Of a DNA stretch of 64,000 nucleotides, positions 56,796-63,786 are shown piece by piece; the first letter of the stretch is position 1; each line of letters opens with the position of its first letter. A model generated the notes under the pieces. It saw only the letters and a program-made list of their open reading frames with translations. It had not been told where the DNA came from and made no database searches. Where the stretch lies: positions 159,467 to 223,466 of the forward strand of contig JBAZUE010000001.1 in NCBI GenBank assembly GCA_041661605.1, given 5' to 3'. Position numbers and translations under genes: made by a program. This DNA is from Candidatus Omnitrophota bacterium (GTDB lineage: Bacteria; Omnitrophota; Gorgyraeia; Gygaellales; Profunditerraquicolaceae).

Positions 56796-58040
56796 ATGCC
56801 GATTTCGATTATTATTGAGAAATGCACGGGTTGTTCTCTTTGCGTAAAAGCCTGCCCGTTTGACGCAATCCGTATAATGGACAAGCTGGAGAGCAGTGGT
56901 TCGGCCTCCGATAGCCGAAGCCAGAAGAAAGCGGTAATCGATTTAAATAAATGCACTCTTTGCGGAGCCTGCAAGGACGCCTGTAAGTTTAAGGCAGTTT
57001 TGTTGGAGAAAACTCCGGCTAAATGTGATTTGCCGGATATAAAAGGTTATAAGGGGATATGGGTGTTTGTTGAGCAGAAGAATGGCAGGGTGCAGTCGGT
57101 TTCATATGAGTTATTAGGCAAGGCGCAGGAGTTGGCCAGGAAATTAAATTGTCAGGTGAGCGGGGTTTTGATCGGTAATAAATTAGAGGACCAATTGGAT
57201 GAGCTGATCTTTTGCGGAGCGGATAACATATACCTGGTAGAGGATCCGGCGCTAGCGAATTTTCAGGATGAGCCGTATACGAATATTTTAGTTGAGTTGG
57301 TAAGAAAATATAAACCGGAGGTCCTTTTATGCGGGGCAACAAATATAGGCAGGTCTTTAATTTCGCGCGTGGCGATAAATATTAAAGCCGGTTTGACCGC
57401 GGATTGCACCGGCCTGGATATCGATCCTGATAAAAAGATACTATTACAGACGCGACCAGCTTTTGGCGGAAATATTATGGCGACAATCATTTCCCCAAAT
57501 TACCGGCCGCAGATGGCGACAGTGCGGCATAAAGTATTTACTCCAATGCCGGCGGATAAAAAACGCAAGGGTAAAGTTATCCGGGAAAATTTTGACAGTT
57601 CTCTTTATGTCTCGCGTACGAAGCTTTTGGATATCATCGAAGAAATTGAATCTACGGTAAATTTATCCGAAGCGGATGTTATTGTCTCCGGGGGTCGAGG
57701 TATGGGGGGAGCTGAAAATTTCAAGATGCTGGAAGAATTAGCGCATGTGTTGGGCGCGGCAGTCGGCTCAAGCCGTGCGGCAGTGGACAGCGGCTGGATG
57801 CCTTATTCGCACCAGGTTGGACAGACCGGCAGGACCGTGGCGCCGAAGATTTATATTGCCTGTGGAATAAGCGGCCAGATACAGCATCTTGTGGGAATGC
57901 AATCCTCGAAGATTATTATCGCCATCAATAAAGATCCCGAAGCTCCGATTTTTAAGGTAGCTACTTACGGAATTGTCGGTGATTTATTCCAGGTTGTTCC
58001 TGCTTTAATCCAAGCTTTTAAGTCTTCTCTGCGAAAATAA
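56796..58040 (+). CDS. etfA: Electron transfer flavoprotein alpha subunit with an N-terminal 2x[4Fe-4S] ferredoxin domain
   Basis: CTGCSLCVKACP and CTLCGACKDAC cluster motifs in the first ~70 aa, then the canonical EtfA sequence (SGGRG, YIACGISGQIQHLVGM). Confidence 0.9.
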   Translation: MPISIIIEKCTGCSLCVKACPFDAIRIMDKLESSGSASDSRSQKKAVIDLNKCTLCGACKDACKFKAVLLEKTPAKCDLPDIKGYKGIWVFVEQKNGRVQSVSYELLGKAQELARKLNCQVSGVLIGNKLEDQLDELIFCGADNIYLVEDPALANFQDEPYTNILVELVRKYKPEVLLCGATNIGRSLISRVAINIKAGLTADCTGLDIDPDKKILLQTRPAFGGNIMATIISPNYRPQMATVRHKVFTPMPADKKRKGKVIRENFDSSLYVSRTKLLDIIEEIESTVNLSEADVIVSGGRGMGGAENFKMLEELAHVLGAAVGSSRAAVDSGWMPYSHQVGQTGRTVAPKIYIACGISGQIQHLVGMQSSKIIIAINKDPEAPIFKVATYGIVGDLFQVVPALIQAFKSSLRK

Positions 58041-58060
58041 GCTTACCCGCAAAAATAAAT

Positions 58061-58192
58061 AAGACGCTTTATGTATCCTCTTGGCATATCTAATGGTTAC
58101 AAAACAATTATTTTCTGCCTAATTTCAGCTATCTAAATCAAAAGAATTGTTTTGTAACTTATTGATAGGAATAGGTTTAGATAAAGCGTCTT
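58061..58192. repeat. 132-bp nested-palindrome element of the same family
   Basis: Perfect 12-bp terminal inverted repeat aagacgctttat / ataaagcgtctt. Inner boxes gttacaaaacaattatttt (58096..58114) and aaaagaattgttttgtaac (58140..58158). Confidence 0.8.
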
Positions 58193-58300
58193 ACGGAGTT
58201 ACGGAGTTTGCGTATACTGTCTACTTTGCATGAATATGCATTGTTTTGCTCTATAACAACCCTGATTTCAGCTATATGTCAAAGAATGTAAAGATTTTCC

Positions 58301-58329
58301 TTGACAAGATTGCTGAAGTTATTTATAAT
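58301..58329 (+). promoter_or_regulatory. Sigma70-like promoter for the HTH-smc genes
   Basis: TTGACA (58301-06), 17 nt, TATAAT (58324-29). Confidence 0.55.
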
Positions 58330-58337
58330 ATTTTCCA

Positions 58338-58374
58338 GATTGCTTCGCCACTTCGTGGCTCGCAATGACGAGGA
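58338..58374 (+). repeat. ATTGCTTCG-hairpin-CTCGCAATGACG element, full copy, in the 5' leader of the HTH-smc genes
   Basis: gattgcttcGCCACttcGTGGCTCGCAATGACGaggag; core at 58359..58370. The internal GCCAC/GTGGC stem differs in sequence from copy 36084 but still pairs. Confidence 0.85.
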
Positions 58375-58385
58375 GAACAGGGGTT

Positions 58386-58568
58386 ATGGTAAATACAAAT
58401 TTGATGACTATTGAAGATCTGGCGGATTATTTAAAAGTAACGCGCAGGACTATTTATGATTGGCTAAAGCATAATAAGATTCCGGCGCTAAAGCTCGTCG
58501 GGCAATGGCGCTTTAAAAAAGATAAGATTGATGACTGGCTTGAAGGCCAGCAGTCGCAACCACATTAG
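58386..58568 (+). CDS. Small excisionase/MerR-type helix-turn-helix DNA-binding protein
   Basis: LMTIEDLADYLKVTRRTIYDWLKHNKIPALKLVGQWRFKKDKIDDWL matches the HTH_17 'excisionase family' pattern. The ATG at 58386 behind AGGAG is preferred because the track's ATG at 58365 lies inside a repeat core. Confidence 0.75.
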   Translation: MVNTNLMTIEDLADYLKVTRRTIYDWLKHNKIPALKLVGQWRFKKDKIDDWLEGQQSQPH

Positions 58569-58582
58569 AAAGGGAGTTAACC

Positions 58583-61500
58583 ATGTATTTTAAAAGATTA
58601 GAACTTCTGGGTTTTAAATCATTTTGCGATAAGACCGTGCTTAACTTTGAGCCCGGGATTACGGCGGTGGTTGGCCCAAATGGCTGTGGGAAATCAAATA
58701 TTTTTGATTCAATCCGCTGGGTATTAGGAGAGCAGTCGGCAAAGTCGCTGCGCGGCTCAGAGATGCTGGATGTCATTTTTAACGGCGCGGACAATAAGGA
58801 GCCGTTGAGTATGGCCGAGGTTAGCCTGGCTTTTGATAATTCTACCCGTTTCTTTAATGTTGACCATCCGGAGGTTTTGATTACGCGCCGGCTTTTCAGG
58901 AGCGGCGAAAGCGAGTACCTGTTGAATAAGGCCGTTGTGAGGCTTAAGGATATACTGGATTTGTTATTAGGCACAGGGATAGGAGCGGAAAGTTATTCCA
59001 TTATCGCGCAGGGAAAGATAGACCTGGTTTTAAGCAGCCGTCCGGAAGACCGGCGTATGGTTTTTGATGAAGCAAGCGGCATAAGTAAATATAAAGCCCA
59101 GAAGAGGGAAACTACGCGCAAGCTGGATGAGACAGAACAAAACCTGCTGCGTGTAAATGATATTGTCGCCGAGGTCAAGCGGCAGATCAGCTCTCTGGAG
59201 CGCCAGGCCAATAAAGCGCGCAGGTACAAAGAGGTTTTTGAGGAATTAAAATTAAAAGAAACTGACCTGGCAATCATGGATAAAAAGGATTTTCTTAAAC
59301 AAAAAAATGAGATTGCCGGAAAACTGGAAGATTTAAAAAAAGAGGATTTGGTATTAGCGGATGCGGTCGCTGAACTGGAGGTTAAGATCGCTAACCGCCA
59401 GTCTGAATTAAAGGCATTAGAGGAAAGTTTGATGGAGGGGCGCAGCCAGATACTTAATCTGGAGAACAGCCTGGTGCGCAATAATGAACACATCGTTTTT
59501 AACCAGCAGCGTATCGCGGAGCTCGAGGAAAATAGCCAGGTTTTAGAATCACAGATTGAGCAGGCAAGAAGCAAGCTGCTGCAGGATGAAGAAAAGCTGG
59601 AGAAGGTTCGGGTTGAATACTCAAGCCTGAAACAGAATATAGATGAGAAGCAGTCTGTATTATGGCAGAAAGAAGAGGAGATCAATAAGCTTGGCTCTTC
59701 GATTAAGAGTTCACTGGAAGCTATTTCTGAAAGCAAAAAGCTTATCCTGGATTTGGAAACCAGGATTTCCAATACCCATAATGAAGTAGGTGAGTTTAAT
59801 TCCAAACATCAGGTATTCCTGGCGCGCAAAAAGAGGCTGGAGATCGAGAAGGCAAAGGTTTATGAAGAAAAGGTTATTTCCGAGGAGGCCTTAAATAAGG
59901 TTACGCAGGAGCTGGCAAGCACCCGGCAGCTGGTGGAAGATTTCAGGCAAAAAATCGCTAATGTAAAGACCAGCCTTGAACATGAAGGATTAAATTTAAA
60001 CGGGATTACCCAGGAGATTACCAGGCTTGAAAATGAAAAGCTTACCCTGGTTTCACATAAAGAATTCCTGGAGAAACTGAAGAATAAATATGATGATATC
60101 GGCGAGTCACTTAACGCGGTGATTTATCTGGACAACCTGCCTAAGGAAAGTACAACCGGGTTGGTGGTGAAGATCCAGAATCAATCGGCTTTAAGCGATG
60201 AGGACAAGGCGTATTTTGGCTCCGCGGCCTTCAGGATAAGCGGAGAGGCCAAACCCATTGAGTTAGACACTCAGAATATCAGCGAAAAGATCGCCAACCT
60301 TGAAGAAAATCTCGGAGAGCTAAAGAACAGGAAGCTGCTGCGCCAGACTTGTATTTCAGAATTAACTAAGATGTCGGATGAATTGGAGCAGGAGCTGCGT
60401 AACCACGAGATTTCTTTAGCCAATAAGGAATCCAGCCACGCTACTACTTTGGAGCAGTTTAATAAAATAAAAGAAGAAGAGGATGTTATTGTTATGGAAT
60501 TGGCGGATGTGGCCCGTGAAATCTTTACGATCGAGCAAAATTTAGCCGATGCCCAGGCTAAGCTTTCCAGCTTAAACAATGAAGAGAGGCTAATGCAGGA
60601 TTCAATCGTACAGGAAGAAGATAATATTTCCTTAAACAGCAAGGCGCGTGAAGAGGTGCTGGTTTTAATTACCCAGACCAAGACGGAGATTGAGGCCTTA
60701 AACAAGCGTTTTAGTTCTGACGCGGCAACCTTAAAAATCCTCGATGAAACTTACGCGCAGGATAAGGCCAGCCTTGATAATATCGAGAGGCAGATATCTG
60801 ATGCAAAAGAACGCCAGCAGGGTCTAAGGGCTGAGATCGTTGATTGCCAGAATAAAATTCATGAATCAGAGGCGCAGATCAAAGAAAAGAAAGTATCTCT
60901 ATCGGATGTCGAGTTTAAATATAACGAAGTATCCAGCGGTACGGTCGGGGTGGCCAAAAGGATCGAGACTGACCGTAAGCATCTAGAGCAGATAAAAAAT
61001 CAGCTGCATGAACTGGAGATGCAGGATAAGGATCTGGATTACCGGTATTCGGCAATAAAAGAGAGGATGGCGTCGGCATATAAGATTGATTTAGACCTTT
61101 TGGAGGAGCCGGCTAAAGAATTAGACAGGCAGGCTTTGTCCTCTGAAATCAGCGAATTAAAAAGAAAGCTGGATTCTTACGGCACGGTTAATCTGGTGGC
61201 TATTGAAGAGTATGATGAGTTAAAACAGCGCTATGATTTTCTTATCCAGCAACAGACTGATCTTTTGAATGCCAAGGAGTCGATGCATCAGGCAATCTTA
61301 AAAATCAACCGTACGACCAAGCAGATGTTTATGGAAACCTTCGAGAAGGTGAAGGTGGAGTTTAAAAATTATTTCCGCCTGCTTTTTAACGGAGGGGATG
61401 CCCAGTTGTTTTTGGTCGATGAGAATGATCCGCTTGAGTCCGGGATTGAGATTATCTGCCGGCCTCCGGGAAAGAAATTACAGAATGTGCTCCTTTTAAG

Positions 61501-61807
61501 CGGCGGGGAAAAGAGTATGTCGGCGATCGCGCTGATCTTCGCTATTTTTAAAGTCAAGCCTTCGCCGTTCTGCATACTGGATGAGATTGACGCGGCCCTT
61601 GATGAGGCTAATGTAGACAGGTTCTCCAGGGTTTTGCAGGAGTTCTCCAAGACTTCCCAGTTTATCGTGATTACGCATAATAAGAAGACGATTGTGAACG
61701 CCAGCGTTATGTATGGCATTACCATGCAGCAGTCGGGAGTCTCAAAGATAGTTTCGGTAAAATTGTCGCAGGATAAGCAAAAGCAGGAACAGCCGGTTAC
61801 GGTTTAA
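58583..61807 (+). CDS. smc: Chromosome segregation protein SMC with an atypically short hinge region
   Basis: Walker A GPNGCGKSNIFDSIRWVLGE. Signature and Walker B LSGGEKSMSAIALIFAIFKVKPSPFCILDEIDAALD. Long coiled coils. The central region (~60080..60290) lacks a recognisable canonical hinge. Confidence 0.85.
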   Translation: MYFKRLELLGFKSFCDKTVLNFEPGITAVVGPNGCGKSNIFDSIRWVLGEQSAKSLRGSEMLDVIFNGADNKEPLSMAEVSLAFDNSTRFFNVDHPEVLITRRLFRSGESEYLLNKAVVRLKDILDLLLGTGIGAESYSIIAQGKIDLVLSSRPEDRRMVFDEASGISKYKAQKRETTRKLDETEQNLLRVNDIVAEVKRQISSLERQANKARRYKEVFEELKLKETDLAIMDKKDFLKQKNEIAGKLEDLKKEDLVLADAVAELEVKIANRQSELKALEESLMEGRSQILNLENSLVRNNEHIVFNQQRIAELEENSQVLESQIEQARSKLLQDEEKLEKVRVEYSSLKQNIDEKQSVLWQKEEEINKLGSSIKSSLEAISESKKLILDLETRISNTHNEVGEFNSKHQVFLARKKRLEIEKAKVYEEKVISEEALNKVTQELASTRQLVEDFRQKIANVKTSLEHEGLNLNGITQEITRLENEKLTLVSHKEFLEKLKNKYDDIGESLNAVIYLDNLPKESTTGLVVKIQNQSALSDEDKAYFGSAAFRISGEAKPIELDTQNISEKIANLEENLGELKNRKLLRQTCISELTKMSDELEQELRNHEISLANKESSHATTLEQFNKIKEEEDVIVMELADVAREIFTIEQNLADAQAKLSSLNNEERLMQDSIVQEEDNISLNSKAREEVLVLITQTKTEIEALNKRFSSDAATLKILDETYAQDKASLDNIERQISDAKERQQGLRAEIVDCQNKIHESEAQIKEKKVSLSDVEFKYNEVSSGTVGVAKRIETDRKHLEQIKNQLHELEMQDKDLDYRYSAIKERMASAYKIDLDLLEEPAKELDRQALSSEISELKRKLDSYGTVNLVAIEEYDELKQRYDFLIQQQTDLLNAKESMHQAILKINRTTKQMFMETFEKVKVEFKNYFRLLFNGGDAQLFLVDENDPLESGIEIICRPPGKKLQNVLLLSGGEKSMSAIALIFAIFKVKPSPFCILDEIDAALDEANVDRFSRVLQEFSKTSQFIVITHNKKTIVNASVMYGITMQQSGVSKIVSVKLSQDKQKQEQPVTV

Positions 61808-61810
61808 AGC

Positions 61811-62977
61811 TTAACCGCAGCAGGTGGTATTCTTGCCATGGTTTTTGGCTTTGTAAAGGGATTTATCTGAAACGGTAATTAAATCCGCAGGACACTGACC
61901 ATTCTCGGGGAAGGTGGCAATCCCCAAACTTACTGTCAGCATTTTATTAGGAAAGATCTCTTCGTTTAAGAACGGGTATTTTTGAATATCCACTCTCAGG
62001 CGTTCAGCGATCATATAGGCTTCTTTTTGGTCGGTCTGCGGCAGGATGACGCTGAATTCTTCGCCTCCGTAACGGCAGACGTGGTCCATTTTGCGCGATT
62101 GATTGCGCAGAAGCTGCGCTAAATCTTTTAATATTTTGTCTCCCGCCTGATGCCCCAGGGTGTCGTTATAAATCTTAAAATTATCTATATCTATGGTAAC
62201 TAAGCTAAGTTTGGTTTTGGTCGCTTTGGCTTTTTCCAACTCTGTTTGCAGGAGATATTGAAAATACCCGTGATTCCAGAGGTTAGTCAGGTAATCCGAG
62301 TGCGCCCGTTCTGCGGTCAATTCAAAAAGCTGAGAGTTTTCAATCGCCAGGCCTGCCTGGTTAGCCAGCATGGTGAGCATGCGGATATCATCTTTGGTAA
62401 TCGGATCGTTTGTGATAAAATTGTCCGCCACGATTATCCCGTTTACCCGGTCTTTTGCCTTTAAAGGGATAAGCAAAAGTTCGCTGCTTTCCAGCATTTT
62501 AATTACAGGAGAGTTGCGGTATTTTTGGATAGTCTGGCCGGTCAAATGCAGGGGCATGCCTTCTAAGACCGCTAAAGAAAGAGGGTTTTCCTCTTTATCA
62601 TACATAGATACTTTTAAGTTCCTGACCTGGCGGTTAAAACCGGATTCCAATACCGAGCTGGAGTTTTTAAAAGCGTTGATTAAGTCTTCCAGGTCCATTT
62701 TTTCTTCTTCAATTTTGGTCCAGGCGGCGTTGGCTTCTTCGCCGCTTTCCGGGCCGATACCCATTTTACCCTCGATAATCTTTTCTTTTTCATTAACCAG
62801 AAAAAGCATCGCCCGGTTGAAGCCTAAACCGGTATGCGCGGTTACTCCGGTAAGAATGATGTAGAGGATCTCATCCAGTTTTAAGGTGGTGCGCATGGCA
62901 TTGGAGATCTCATAGAGTATCCCCAGTTCGATTTTGGTGCGCTCAAGTTCTATCTTTAGTCTGTTTAATTCTTCCAT
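61811..62977 (-). CDS. GAF-domain diguanylate cyclase (GGDEF) with I-site
   Basis: N-terminal coiled coil, GAF-like middle region, GGEEF active site, and RKMD (RxxD) five residues upstream, as in PleD-type I-sites. Confidence 0.85.
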   Translation of the reverse strand: MEELNRLKIELERTKIELGILYEISNAMRTTLKLDEILYIILTGVTAHTGLGFNRAMLFLVNEKEKIIEGKMGIGPESGEEANAAWTKIEEEKMDLEDLINAFKNSSSVLESGFNRQVRNLKVSMYDKEENPLSLAVLEGMPLHLTGQTIQKYRNSPVIKMLESSELLLIPLKAKDRVNGIIVADNFITNDPITKDDIRMLTMLANQAGLAIENSQLFELTAERAHSDYLTNLWNHGYFQYLLQTELEKAKATKTKLSLVTIDIDNFKIYNDTLGHQAGDKILKDLAQLLRNQSRKMDHVCRYGGEEFSVILPQTDQKEAYMIAERLRVDIQKYPFLNEEIFPNKMLTVSLGIATFPENGQCPADLITVSDKSLYKAKNHGKNTTCCG

Positions 62978-63045
62978 AATGTTTTAAGTCTAACATATTT
63001 CTTGCCGATGTCAAGTAAGCCGGTTTGATATTGGACAGGAATTAG

Positions 63046-63074
63046 TTGACATTTCCCGGGCATTCCTATATAAT
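63046..63074 (+). promoter_or_regulatory. Sigma70-like promoter for the secreted-protein gene
   Basis: TTGACA (63046-51), 17 nt, TATAAT (63069-74). Confidence 0.55.
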
Positions 63075-63136
63075 TAATCAAATATTACCATACCCCGCGC
63101 TTATAATGATTTGCGCGGGTATGCCTTTGTAGGTTA

Positions 63137-63190
63137 ACACCCGGCCTAAAAGGAAGTAGCCGGTGTACCCTTGCGGGTAAGGAGGAAGAA
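63137..63190 (+). promoter_or_regulatory. Structured 5' leader, copy B, upstream of the secreted-protein gene
   Basis: ACACCCGGCC-taaaaggaagt-AGCCGGTGT, then ACCC-ttgc-GGGT, then AAGGAGGAAGAA and ATG. The closing pair of hairpin 2 is A-T here and G-C in copy A. Confidence 0.6.
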
Positions 63191-63646
63191 ATGGCTCGAT
63201 TATTAAAAAGTGTTTTAATAATTTTTTCTTTTTTATTCCTTTGTGCGACGGTTGTTTTTGCAGAAGATATTACTATTACGACTTATTATCCTTCTCCTTA
63301 CGGAAGTTATAACGCTTTGCAGACAAACAGGCTTGGCGTGGGAGATAATAATGCCGATGGTGTTTTGAATTCTTCCGATGTGCCTGGTACTAACGGGGAT
63401 GTATGGGTTAGTGGACATATCACGATGGGGTATCAGATTGTTACGGTGGTTATCCCTAATACTTATTCTATTGGATGGTATACCTGTGATTGTCCCGCAG
63501 GCAAGAGGGTTTTGGGCGGGGCATGTTCCGGAACGGGTGTTGCTTACACGTATATTGACGGTGGCGGCGCGGGCTTCCACTGTTATAAAAATGATCAGTG
63601 GGGGGCGAACTGGCAAATCCAGGCTGTTTGCGCTAATATGCTGTAA
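63191..63646 (+). CDS. Small secreted Cys-rich protein of unknown function
   Basis: Signal peptide MARLLKSVLIIFSFLFLCATVVFA|ED. Conserved-looking ITITTYYPSPYGSYNALQ segment. Six Cys in the C-terminal half. Strong SD, promoter and terminator. Confidence 0.7.
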   Translation: MARLLKSVLIIFSFLFLCATVVFAEDITITTYYPSPYGSYNALQTNRLGVGDNNADGVLNSSDVPGTNGDVWVSGHITMGYQIVTVVIPNTYSIGWYTCDCPAGKRVLGGACSGTGVAYTYIDGGGAGFHCYKNDQWGANWQIQAVCANML

Positions 63647-63678
63647 TAGGTATAGTTTGTAAGATTCCTTGTGAGGTT

Positions 63679-63722
63679 TCCCTCCTTTCTGCGTCTATTA
63701 ATGCAGGAAGGAGGGATTTTTA
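63679..63722 (+). terminator. Rho-independent terminator after the secreted-protein gene
   Basis: tccctcctttctgc-gtctattaat-gcaggaaggaggga (14-bp stem with one G.U position) followed by TTTTT. Confidence 0.8.
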
Positions 63723-63726
63723 TTGT

Positions 63727-63755
63727 TTGACAGTAATAGGGGGGTGGGTTATAAT
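63727..63755 (+). promoter_or_regulatory. Sigma70-like promoter for recA
   Basis: TTGACA (63727-32), 17 nt, TATAAT (63750-55). GGAGG SD at 63777-81. Confidence 0.55.
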
Positions 63756-63786
63756 ATTTTTTTAAATTTAAACAGTGGAGGTTAGA

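Noticed and set aside
58386-58568. Prophage or integrative element suggested by an excisionase-family HTH protein
   Set aside because: No integrase, recombinase, att-like direct repeats flanking a gene block, or phage genes are nearby. The gene sits directly in front of smc and behind housekeeping etf genes.
58993-59805. 270-aa minus-strand Ser/Leu-rich ORF
   Set aside because: It is antisense to the smc coiled-coil region. Reverse-complementing Glu/Lys/Leu-rich coding sequence gives a Ser/Leu/Phe-rich reading frame, and that strand lacks stop codons here because the smc coding strand rarely uses the TTA, CTA or TCA triplets in that register. It is an artefact.
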